DNA of 16,221 nt from Nannocystales bacterium (lineage in GTDB: Bacteria; Myxococcota_A; Polyangia; Nannocystales; Nannocystaceae): assembly GCA_050633305.1 (NCBI GenBank), contig JBOEGF010000070.1, positions 1-16,221 on the forward strand. Direction: 5' to 3'. The notes under the pieces are model-generated. The model had not been told where the DNA came from, made no database searches, and saw nothing but the letters and a program-made list of their open reading frames with translations. Of the stretch, positions 1 through 8,086 are shown piece by piece. Each line of letters opens with the position of its first letter. The stretch's first letter is position 1. The translations under genes were made by a program, and so were the position numbers.

Positions 1-212
1 CCGCCGTCAAAACGAATGCGCCAATCGATGCTCGGTACGAAAAGAAGACATCCACCAGCGGCAGCCCGTACTTCGTCCTCAAGGCCGGCAACCACGAAGT
101 CATCGGCACAAGCCAGATGTACACCTCGACGGCCTCCCGCGACGACGGGATCGAAGCCGTCAAGCGCACCGCCCCAAGTGCCCCGACGACAGACCTTCTC
201 CGCCTCCTCTGA
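1..212 (+). CDS. yegP: YegP family protein (DUF1508/UPF0339), 3' part; starts before the window
   Basis: Not in the ORF track. The frame from base 3 reads AVKTNAPIDARYEKKTSTSGSPYFVLKAGNHEVIGTSQMYTSTASRDDGIEAVKRTAPSAPTTDLLRLL* (TGA 210-212). This contains the DUF1508 pattern YFxLKAxNxxVIGTSxMYxSxxxRDxGIxxVK. Confidence 0.88.
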   Translation, partial: AVKTNAPIDARYEKKTSTSGSPYFVLKAGNHEVIGTSQMYTSTASRDDGIEAVKRTAPSAPTTDLLRLL

Positions 213-288
213 AACCATCGATCGAGAAAATCGATCCATTGCCGCCGATGATCGAAATCGATCGCGGGACCTCACATCGGCTGCAATA

Positions 289-319
289 GAGTCACAGAAA
301 ATTACACAAAGTGTGACTC
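289..319. promoter_or_regulatory. AT-rich inverted repeat upstream of the tyrosine recombinase (candidate recombination or operator site)
   Basis: GAGTCACA (289-296), a 15-bp AT-rich spacer, then TGTGACTC (312-319): perfect 8-bp arms about 70 bp upstream of the recombinase ORF. Confidence 0.4.
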
Positions 320-386
320 CCTGGCTTTTACGGACAGGTCGATTTCGGTTTTAACCCGCGATCGCCCGTGGCAGGGTAGGAGGGCG

Positions 387-1310
387 ATGCAGCTCGCGCT
401 CTTCAGAACTCCGCCCCCCGAGCGTCGGCGAACGTCGGCCTCGGTGAGGGTGGGGGGACCTTCGGTCTCCAAGAGGGGGCTGGAGGTTCGGTTGGCGCGG
501 CGGGCCGATGCGCCGGCCATCGTCAGCGACCCACGGCTGTCGTTTCTGAAGCCGGCGCCGACGAGCCTTGAGAAGGAGGGCAGGGGGGAGGTCGACGCGA
601 AGACTGTTCGGCTCGACCGCCGCGTCGTGGAGCCCGTCGATGTCGAAGCCGAGCTCGACGAGGTCGTCAACGAACTCGATATCGGGGCAGGGGAGGGCTC
701 GGCTGAGCTGGCGCCGCATCCGACTCGCGGGAAGCTGCTCCCGCCGGAGGTGTTCACCGAGGCCGAGGTACGGGCGCTGATTGGGGCGTGCTCGACTCGT
801 GGGATCACCGGGCACCGGAACCGGGCGTTGCTGGCCATCCTCTGGCGGACCGGCGTCCGGATCTCGGAGGCGCTGGAACTGCGGCCGCACGACGTCGACT
901 TCAAGAACGGCACGGTCCGAGTGCGCCTTGGGAAGGGGCTCAAGCCACGGACCACTGTGCTCTCGGACCTCGACGCGCTGCCACTGATTGAGCGCTGGCT
1001 TGAGGAGCGCGGAAAACTGCAGGCCGTGGGGCAGGGGGCATCGCTGCTCTGCACCCTCAAAGGGACACCCACCGACCCGAGCTACGCTCGGCATCTTCTG
1101 CCCCGGCTGGCCCAGCGGGCCGGCTTGGAGCGGCGGGTGCACCCACACGGGCTGCGACACACGCACGCGGCCGATCTGGCGCTCGCGGGTGTCCCCGTAC
1201 TGGCGATCCAGCACCAGCTGGGACACCACTCGCTCACCACAACGGCGGGCTACCTCCGCAAGGTCGGGGTACGACTCGACGTCGCCCGGATGCTCCGCCC
1301 CTCGACCTGA
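387..1310 (+). CDS. Tyrosine recombinase/integrase (catalytic domain; true start uncertain)
   Basis: Catalytic motifs are present: LWRTGVRISE (R), GKGLKPR (K), HPHGLRHTHA (HxxR), LGHHSLTTTAGY (H, Y). The first ~115 aa look low-complexity, with no recognisable core-binding domain. Confidence 0.92.
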   Translation: MQLALFRTPPPERRRTSASVRVGGPSVSKRGLEVRLARRADAPAIVSDPRLSFLKPAPTSLEKEGRGEVDAKTVRLDRRVVEPVDVEAELDEVVNELDIGAGEGSAELAPHPTRGKLLPPEVFTEAEVRALIGACSTRGITGHRNRALLAILWRTGVRISEALELRPHDVDFKNGTVRVRLGKGLKPRTTVLSDLDALPLIERWLEERGKLQAVGQGASLLCTLKGTPTDPSYARHLLPRLAQRAGLERRVHPHGLRHTHAADLALAGVPVLAIQHQLGHHSLTTTAGYLRKVGVRLDVARMLRPST

Positions 1311-1474
1311 CCGGCGAGCGCTCTCAACACGACAGTTGCTTCGCAGCTTCCCACCGTCTCTGCTGGTACCCTGCTTCCGCCGAAGACAACTCGGACTCTG
1401 GCCGACCGCGCTATGCCGCCCCGCAGCACCCCCGACCTCGAACACGCAGTCGCCCCACAGAACGGAGCCTCGAC

Positions 1475-4351
1475 TTGACCCGGCCTTGGAGCACGGGGGC
1501 GACGTGGCTCAGGTGGGATCCTCACCTGCATGCCCCCGGCACACTCCAGAATGACGGCTTCAAGGGGGACTGGGACGCCTACCTGACCGCCATCGAGACA
1601 GCCACGCCTGCCCCGTCGGCCCTAGGAGTCACCGACTACCTCAGCATGGATGGATACAAGACCATGCTCGACCACAAAAGCAAAGGACGCCTACCCAACG
1701 TCTCCTTGCTTTTTCCGAACATCGAAATGCGCCTGACGGTAGAGACCCGGCGGGGCAACGGTATCAACGTACACCTCCTCGTGTGCCCGGAGGATGGTGA
1801 CCACGTCGCCAGGATTGAATCGCTGCTTGCGGGGCTCGACTACAAGAACTTTCGAGAGCAGATTTTCCGGTGCACGCGCGACGATCTCATTCGACTCGGA
1901 CGTGAACATGAACAGAACGCGCAACTCCCAAAAACGGCGGCGCTACGAGCCGGAGTAAACCAGTTCAAGGTCGACTGGCGGTCGCTTCAGCGGCTCAAAA
2001 ACGACGACAAGTGGTTCAGAGACAACGTCCTCATTGCCGTTGCAGCAGGCAACGACGGGCTTTCCGGGCTCGGCAAAGACGCAGCGTTCTCCGCCGAACG
2101 AGAGGCTATCGGAACCTTCGCCGACATCATCTTCTCCTCCAACGAAAAACAACGAGAGTACTGGGCGGGCCACCGCGCGGACTTCAAGAAGAAAGGGCTC
2201 ATCGAGAAACCTTGCCTTCACGGCTCCGACGCCCACTCTCTCGCCGCCGTATTGGCCCCCGACTTGGAACGCCGATGCTGGATCCGATCCGAGCCCACCT
2301 TCGACGGGCTCCGTCAGACACTCGTCGAGCCAGAACGCCGAGTCTATATCGGACCAACCCCGCCACGAGGACCGTCGGAAGACAACGTCATTCGCACCAT
2401 CGAGATCAAGAACGCCCCTTGGATGCTCACGTCTCGCGTCTCGCTGAACGATGGACTCGTGACCATAATCGGAGCCAAGGGGTCCGGCAAAACCGCGCTA
2501 GCTGACCTCGCCGCTTTCGGCGCGTTCGCAAGGGATGAGCCGGCAGGGGAAGCCTCCTTCATCAGCAAGGCTCGCGAGCACATCTCTGACGTAGAGGTGC
2601 AGCTGGAATGGGGGGATGGCTCTCGAACATCGAGCCCGTTCACTTCACAGGATCACGACGAAGAACCGAGAGTCCGTTATCTGTCCCAGCAGTTCGTAGA
2701 GCGCTTGTGCTCGAACGCTGGCGTGGCACAGCCACTCGTCGATGAGATCGAGGCAGTGGTGTTCTCCGCGATCCCCGAAGAAGACCGAATGCACTGCTCG
2801 GCGTTCTCAGAGCTTCGTGACCTGGAGCTGCGCGACCCTCTAGCCGCCCGAGAGAATGAGCTGGATCGAATCCGCCGGTTGACCGAGCAAATCAGCATCG
2901 CCTACCAGGAACACAGCGAACTGAAGCTCGCCAAGGCGAAACACGCCGAAGCGAAGCGGCTCAGAGAGGCCTGCGAGAGCGCACTGAAACAGCTCCCCCC
3001 ACCGGGAGACCCGAAAGCCACAGCAGCACACGAGGCCGCGAGCCGTGCCCTCTCAGCCCTCCGAGAGGAGATCGCCCAAGCAGAACGAAGGCGAAAGAAC
3101 CTCGACGACCTTCGCGGGGCACTTGACCGAATGCTCCGCGCTGCGGAAGACGACCATGCTCGTATTCAGGAGACCTTTGCGGACCTTCAGCTCGTCGACA
3201 CGGAGTGGGACCAGCTCAGACTTCAGAGACATGATGGTGCCCTCGCGATGCTGAAACGCTTGGACAAAAAGGTAGCCGACCGACTTAAAAACCTCCGAGC
3301 CTACGGGATGAAGGACCAGCCCGACCCACTCCCGAGCGACCCCGTCGGGATTACGCAGCTCGCAGCAAGGGAAGAGAAGCTCGGGAAACAGCTCGGGGCC
3401 GACAAGGCGAACGCCAAGCGGCTAGCCAAGCTGAAAGGCGAGCAGGCGCGTCGACGTAAGACCGAGGCAAAGCAGATGAGCCTCGTGCAACACGCAGAGA
3501 ACGCCCCCTCGAGATGGTCAGCCGCCGATACGAAGCGAATGGAGTCCTATGAACGGATCTTCGCCACGCTGGACGAAGAGAAGAGCAAGCTGGAAGGGCT
3601 GTACTCACCGCTGCACCAACAGCTGCCCCCCGACGGGAAGCTGGCCTTTTATGTCCACCGTCGGGTCGACACCACCGCCTGGGCTGCGGCTGGAGAGCGC
3701 ATCCTCGACCTTCGAAGACCTCCCTTCTCTGGACGCGGGACCTTACAAGAGGTCGCGGACAAGCATCTGACCCCCGCATGGACCGCCGGATCGGCAACCG
3801 AGGCAGCAGCCGCCTTGAAAGGCTTCCTCACCACCTATGCAAAATCCGCCATGAAGGCCCGTCGCGAAGGGGTCTCGGCTCAGGACTTTGGCAACTGGGC
3901 GTTCTCCACCGAGCACATCCACGTTGAGTACGGCATCAAGTACGAGGGAGTTCCAATCGCACGCCTCTCTCCGGGCACACGTGGCGTCGTCTTGCTGACG
4001 CTCTTCCTCGGACTTGACAGATGGGACGAGCGACCACTCATCATCGATCAGCCAGAGGAAAATCTTGATCCGAAATCGGTCTTCTCTGAGCTGGTCCCCT
4101 TCTTCCGACAAGCAGCTACCCGGCGGCAAATCATCATGGTCACCCACAACGCGAACCTCGTTGTGAACACGGATTCGGACCAAGTCATCGTGACATCGTC
4201 GACCAGGGACGCTCCGGACACCCTGCCGAACATCGTCTACGAGGCAGGCGGCTTGGAGGATCAAGCCATCAGGGCCGCCGTGTGCAGTCTCTTGGAAGGT
4301 GGAGAAGATGCGTTCCGACGGCGGGGGAGAAGGTACGGAATGCCCGGGTGA
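1475..4351 (+). CDS. PHP-phosphoesterase / coiled-coil ABC-type ATPase fusion (Ppl / TrlF-family; probable anti-phage protein)
   Basis: N-terminal PHP motifs: WLRWDPHLHAPGT, GVTDY, PNIEMRL, NVHLL, CLHGSDAH. Walker A GAKGSGKT, a long coiled coil, signature LSPG, Walker B LIIDQPEENLD and H-loop VTHNAN follow. TTG start with GGAG at 1464-1467. Confidence 0.88.
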   Translation: MTRPWSTGATWLRWDPHLHAPGTLQNDGFKGDWDAYLTAIETATPAPSALGVTDYLSMDGYKTMLDHKSKGRLPNVSLLFPNIEMRLTVETRRGNGINVHLLVCPEDGDHVARIESLLAGLDYKNFREQIFRCTRDDLIRLGREHEQNAQLPKTAALRAGVNQFKVDWRSLQRLKNDDKWFRDNVLIAVAAGNDGLSGLGKDAAFSAEREAIGTFADIIFSSNEKQREYWAGHRADFKKKGLIEKPCLHGSDAHSLAAVLAPDLERRCWIRSEPTFDGLRQTLVEPERRVYIGPTPPRGPSEDNVIRTIEIKNAPWMLTSRVSLNDGLVTIIGAKGSGKTALADLAAFGAFARDEPAGEASFISKAREHISDVEVQLEWGDGSRTSSPFTSQDHDEEPRVRYLSQQFVERLCSNAGVAQPLVDEIEAVVFSAIPEEDRMHCSAFSELRDLELRDPLAARENELDRIRRLTEQISIAYQEHSELKLAKAKHAEAKRLREACESALKQLPPPGDPKATAAHEAASRALSALREEIAQAERRRKNLDDLRGALDRMLRAAEDDHARIQETFADLQLVDTEWDQLRLQRHDGALAMLKRLDKKVADRLKNLRAYGMKDQPDPLPSDPVGITQLAAREEKLGKQLGADKANAKRLAKLKGEQARRRKTEAKQMSLVQHAENAPSRWSAADTKRMESYERIFATLDEEKSKLEGLYSPLHQQLPPDGKLAFYVHRRVDTTAWAAAGERILDLRRPPFSGRGTLQEVADKHLTPAWTAGSATEAAAALKGFLTTYAKSAMKARREGVSAQDFGNWAFSTEHIHVEYGIKYEGVPIARLSPGTRGVVLLTLFLGLDRWDERPLIIDQPEENLDPKSVFSELVPFFRQAATRRQIIMVTHNANLVVNTDSDQVIVTSSTRDAPDTLPNIVYEAGGLEDQAIRAAVCSLLEGGEDAFRRRGRRYGMPG

Positions 4352-4371
4352 GCGACCGCTAGCACGCCAGC

Positions 4372-4616
4372 CTAGCTCGGCCATCGGCCAACCGGACCGG
4401 CGACGATGAGGTCGAACTCGCCATCATCGCGTCGAACTCAGTCGGCCTTTGGCGGCGCTGACGTGCTCCTCAAACCTCAAACGACGCGACCTCTGGCGAA
4501 GCCGGCGAGCTCGGAGCGCCCGCTGGTTGTCGAGCGTCTGCTCCTCCGCGCTTCGTGCCTTCCCGTGCTTACGCGCAGGTAAAACGTACAACGTAAAACG
4601 TCGCTCGCTTTCGCAT
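4372..4616 (-). pseudogene. Degraded serine recombinase (resolvase/invertase) N-terminal remnant
   Basis: Pieces across several minus-strand frames read MRKRATFY / TFYLRVST / EEQTLDNQR / ELAGFARGR / FEEHVSAAK / EFDAMMA / GEFDLIVA. These follow resolvase order (YxRVS, QxxxxQ, SG/A, RPxFxxMM, FDxxxV), with several frameshifts and no C-terminal part. Confidence 0.7.
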
Positions 4617-4682
4617 CGCGCCAGCGTAATTTTCCGGGCGGATCGGCGGATCTCGAGCCTGCGGGCGTCGTCCGCCGGCGGC

Positions 4683-5228
4683 CTATCCGGTGCCGGCCGC
4701 GACGCTCCCCCTCTTCTTCCGCGAGCGCTTCGGTTTCGCTGCACTGACAAACCCTGGGGCCGGGAGCTGTAGCTGGGGATGCGCGCGGAGCAACTTCGAG
4801 CGCGGCAGCACTTCGGACCACAGACCGAAGACCGACGCGATCGCGTGGTCGAGTTCGAGCGTGCCCCTGGTCCGGGCGAAGCCGGGCGAGGGCTCGCACC
4901 TCACCGCCCGGCGTGCCGCTTCCAGGGTGTGTTGCACGCCCGCGGACCAGCCGGTCCCGCCGTAGACCAGCACGCCCTCGATCCACATCGCGTCGAGGTC
5001 GGCGAGGGCATACGGGATCTTCTCGTCGGTCGTGCCACCCGTGGACTGGAACTTGGTTTCGACCCCGAGGGCGAGCTGGTCACTCTCGCGCAGCACGAGG
5101 AGATCGAGCCGGCGCCGCTTCCCAATGATCGTTTTTCCAAGGTCAACCTCGACGTAAACCTCAAGGCCAAAGCGCCGAAAGTTCGCGTCGATGTACTTGG
5201 CCACGTTGTCCCGGTACGCGTCGCCCAT
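4683..5228 (-). CDS. PD-(D/E)XK nuclease superfamily protein
   Basis: The motif RRLDLLV...GVETKFQSTGGTTDEKIPY supplies D and ExK catalytic residues, plus the Q-x-x-x-G-x-x-DEK-x-PY pattern of small restriction-endonuclease-like proteins. Confidence 0.8.
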   Translation of the reverse strand: MGDAYRDNVAKYIDANFRRFGLEVYVEVDLGKTIIGKRRRLDLLVLRESDQLALGVETKFQSTGGTTDEKIPYALADLDAMWIEGVLVYGGTGWSAGVQHTLEAARRAVRCEPSPGFARTRGTLELDHAIASVFGLWSEVLPRSKLLRAHPQLQLPAPGFVSAAKPKRSRKKRGSVAAGTG

Positions 5229-5282
5229 GCCCTGATCGTAGGGCGGTGCACCGGGGCCCGGAAACTGAACGCACCTCGGGGA

Positions 5283-5433
5283 TCACATGAACACGCGTGT
5301 TCGCACTACGCCCGAGCCGGTGGGCCGAGCACGATGTGGGCCGCCACGTCGTCCGCGACACGCACCACGGAGCCTGCCCCTGGCCCTCGGGCCGCCCGGC
5401 CATGCTGCAGAACGAACATGCGTGTTGATGTGA
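5283..5433. repeat. 21-bp inverted repeat pair (19/21 identical) flanking 109 bp, between divergent genes
   Basis: 5283-5303 reads TCACATGAACACGCGTGTTCG. The reverse complement of 5413-5433 reads TCACATCAACACGCATGTTCG. The left arm contains the perfect 14-bp palindrome GAACACGCGTGTTC (5289-5302). Confidence 0.75.
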
Positions 5434-5608
5434 GACACGGCTACCGCGAGCATTCCGCTCGCCCCCACGTCCCCCATAGACGTGCGAGCATGAACCATGG
5501 TCGCACTCAAGGAGTCCTTGCGCCAACATAGCGCTGGACGGGAGGACCCGAGGGCTCGTTGTATCCGTTCAACCTGGCGAAGTCGAAGCCGGCTAGCAGG
5601 GAGACACG

Positions 5609-6691
5609 GTGCCGAGTATCTCTGAGCACTGCTGCTGGAAGTGCGCCTGGGGCCCCCTGAGGGAGGAGATCAAGGCAAGAGGAGCGGTTGAGACGTGTGA
5701 AGTCTGCGGTTCGTCGAGGCGCAAGACACTGGACGCAGCAGAACTCACCACGCTGCTAGAGCCACTCGCGATGCTCTACGACGACCCCGTGGAGTTCATG
5801 CCACTCGAGACGCTGAAGTATGAGAGCCACCCGACTCTCGCCGAACGGTTTGCCGAAGAGTGGGAGCTATTCGAGTCGGATGATGATGCGCGAAAGGTCC
5901 TTTCCCTCTGCTTGGATGACCATCACCCGAAACACAATCCTGATCAGTCGATGCTAGATCCAGACCGGCAGGTCTACGACCAGGAGAACTGGCAGCTAGG
6001 CGAATACGCGCTCGTCCAGGAGCTCAGGGAGTGGTGGAGTTCCCTGAAGGACGAAGTGCGGCATGAGAATCGCTATTTCTTGAAGAACTCCATTAACGAG
6101 ATTGGCGACCACATCTGGGTGGCCGAGATGACGATTGGCAAGCGGAGCGCCTTGTACCGTGCACGTGGAGCGCCCGAGAAAGGCGCGTTCACGGCGCGGG
6201 AGATGGGCTCACCACCTCCGACCAAGGCTACGGCTGGTCGGGTAAACCCGCTCGCGATCTCCTACCTCTACCTTGCCTCGGACGAGGTGACGGCGGCGTC
6301 GGAACTGCGACCTCATGTCGATGATGAGATCTACGTTTCACGGTTTCGGCTCAGTCGGGACGCGAAAATCGTCGACTTCCGGAGCCCATTGGTCGGCTCT
6401 CCATTTCGCTGGGGGAATCGTCTGCGCGAAGTCGTACGGATCATCCCCTTCCTCAACGAACTCGGCCGCGAGATGAGTCGGCCAGTCTCGAACGCTCGGC
6501 GGGACATCGACTACCTTCCAACCCAGTACCTATGCGAGTGGATCAAGTCGAAGGGCTACGACGGGGTCGCCTACGAGAGCGGCGTCAGCAAGGGCTGGAA
6601 CCTCGCCCTCTTCGACTCGACACTCGCGCACGCTGGCCGACCCCATCGACGCAGAGTGGCCGGCGTCACGGTGGACCTTAAGACCATGTGA
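5609..6691 (+). CDS. RES-domain protein (NAD+ phosphorylase-like) with an N-terminal Zn-binding (HEPN/RES-associated) domain
   Basis: N-terminal CxxC...CxxC (CWKC, CEVC). RES motifs: LYRAR, MGSPP, AGRVNP, YLYLAS...AASELRP, SRPV, YLPTQYLCEWIK..GYDGVAYES, NLALF. GTG start with RBS AGGGAG just upstream. Confidence 0.85.
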   Translation: MPSISEHCCWKCAWGPLREEIKARGAVETCEVCGSSRRKTLDAAELTTLLEPLAMLYDDPVEFMPLETLKYESHPTLAERFAEEWELFESDDDARKVLSLCLDDHHPKHNPDQSMLDPDRQVYDQENWQLGEYALVQELREWWSSLKDEVRHENRYFLKNSINEIGDHIWVAEMTIGKRSALYRARGAPEKGAFTAREMGSPPPTKATAGRVNPLAISYLYLASDEVTAASELRPHVDDEIYVSRFRLSRDAKIVDFRSPLVGSPFRWGNRLREVVRIIPFLNELGREMSRPVSNARRDIDYLPTQYLCEWIKSKGYDGVAYESGVSKGWNLALFDSTLAHAGRPHRRRVAGVTVDLKTM

Positions 6692-6816
6692 CCACCCGGC
6701 CTCGCTCTTGGCGGTCGAGCCCAGACCCAGCGTGCAAGCCGTGGGGAGACGGCGCTTTCTGGGCTGATGCTGTCGGGCGCGACGGAGGACACCGGCATGT
6801 CGGGAGCCAGGCGTCT

Positions 6817-6854
6817 CTTAGCGCCGGGTTCCGCTCCGATGTTCCCCATGCCCC
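6817..6854 (-). repeat. Tn3-family terminal inverted repeat (IR-A), the right end of an element extending leftwards
   Basis: The reverse complement is GGGGCATGGGGAACATCGGAGCGGAACCCGGCGCTAAG, the canonical 38-bp GGGG...CGCTAAG form. It is 30/38 identical to the IR of the intact transposon at 11724 and 32/38 identical to IR-B. Confidence 0.85.
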
Positions 6855-6911
6855 GTTCTTCGGCTGCTGGAACACGCTCTTAAAGAGCGCGTCGAGCGAG
6901 GCCTTCGTCAC
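6855..6911 (-). pseudogene. 5' fragment of an Rpn/YhgA-like (recombination-promoting nuclease family) gene, interrupted by IR-A
   Basis: GTG at 6911 gives (M)TKASLDALFKSVFQQPKN, which runs straight into the GGGG of IR-A. It resembles the Rpn N-terminus (H)DALFKxxFxxPxNA. Only 19 codons are available to judge. Confidence 0.55.
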
Positions 6912-7019
6912 TGGCGCCGGGACGATAACACCGGACGCACAGCTGAACACCCGCCGTTTCAGAACCTTGAATTTCGGGCCTATCTTCCGCCTCAAGGCCC
7001 CCTACCCACCTCTGGCAAA

Positions 7020-7047
7020 AAGGCCGATAACCTAGATTATGTCCAAT
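7020..7047 (+). other. dif-like (XerC/XerD-type) recombination site
   Basis: AAGGCCGATAA-CCTAGA-TTATGTCCAAT has 11-6-11 architecture with inner ATAA/TTAT. The right arm is 9/11 identical to the E. coli XerD arm TTATGTTAAAT; the left arm is 6/11 identical to the XerC arm. Confidence 0.7.
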
Positions 7048-7477
7048 GAGGACAGGATGCACCTGTAGGACATGCGCAAGCGTATCAACATGCGCCGGAG
7101 TCAGCAACGCCGCAGCCGCCCAACCTGCACCTCGTTCCGAGCCCCGGCGCTTGCTCTCGCACAAACCCCGCTGGCCGCCCCCTGCTCGCCCCCTGGCCAA
7201 CTATCGCCGTTGGCGCACAAGGCTGAGGCCACGTTCGTCGCGTTATGTGCGTCACACACGGACAGGGTTCCGACCCTAGCCCACGGAGAGCCATCCCCAC
7301 CCGCGACGAACCCCGGCCATGGCGGAATGCGGCGTGCTCCACGACGAAAACGCCCGTCAACCGAAGTAGAATGCGCAGAACAGCTCGAGCAGGGCCGTGA
7401 GCCCGGACGAAGTGGCCCGAAGGAGGCCGCCTGTCGACCGCAGTGAGCGCCGTGTCTGCGTGCGCGGAACGGACAGC

Positions 7478-8086
7478 TTGACGACGCCACTGACTCGCCC
7501 CAAGAACCCATACGTGCTCCGCTGTGCTCCCCTGCTCTCCTTTGGGCTTGCAGTTGGCTGCCTCATCGACAACCCTGAGCACAGCGGACTGTCGTCGACA
7601 AGCACCTCCTCCACCTCCTCCACCGCCTCAAGCTCAGCCGAGGTGACGACAGGGTCACAAACCTCAGCGGGCACAGTGACGGAGCAAGGAACCAGCACGA
7701 CGCCTACGGCAACCACTGGCCCCGAATCCGGAGGCGTCACCAGTTCCTCGTCGCCGACAGGCTCCTCGACCGAATCGTCCAGCAGCGGCACCGTAGACAG
7801 TGCCGACAGCACGCTCGAACCCGGCGACCTCGGGCTGCCGTGCGCCGCGAGTTCGCAGAACTGCGAGATGCTCGCATCCGGCGCGGAATGCTGCACCGCC
7901 CCTGAGTGCTTGGACACCTGCATGGTGGCGTGTCTGGTGGCCCCCGACTGCCCCTTCGACAACATGGGGTGCGAGCACGGCTACTGTCTGTTTGAGTGTA
8001 CCGGCGACGACGACGACTGCATAACCTGGCCAGGATTCACGTGCCAACACACAGCGACGTACTGCGAAAACGACGAACTCCCGTAG
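7478..8086 (+). CDS. Cys-rich lipoprotein with Ser/Thr-rich linker (myxobacterial type); start at 7478 (TTG) or 7514 (GTG)
   Basis: Hydrophobic signal and lipobox LLSFGLAVG-C, a long S/T-rich linker and a C-terminal Cys-rich acidic domain. The track start at 7397 is probably too far upstream. Confidence 0.72.
   Translation: MTTPLTRPKNPYVLRCAPLLSFGLAVGCLIDNPEHSGLSSTSTSSTSSTASSSAEVTTGSQTSAGTVTEQGTSTTPTATTGPESGGVTSSSSPTGSSTESSSSGTVDSADSTLEPGDLGLPCAASSQNCEMLASGAECCTAPECLDTCMVACLVAPDCPFDNMGCEHGYCLFECTGDDDDCITWPGFTCQHTATYCENDELP

Noticed and set aside
16..354. 112-aa track ORF
   Set aside because: It is a shadow frame; the YegP-like frame (3-212) has clear family motifs.
5289..5302. GAAC-N6-GTTC as a LexA/SOS box
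   Set aside because: The spacer is 6 bp, whereas GAAC-N4-GTTC-type boxes need 4 bp.
6737..6760. CCGTGGGGA...CGGCGCT, resembling an internally deleted left IR that would make a ~120-bp MITE with IR-A
   Set aside because: It needs a large gap, the matches are short and GC-rich, and there is no matching TSD (GTTCT).
7117..7154. Possible sixth IR copy
   Set aside because: Only about 20/38 identity to A or B and it lacks the TGGGGAACA core, so it cannot be separated from chance at this GC content.
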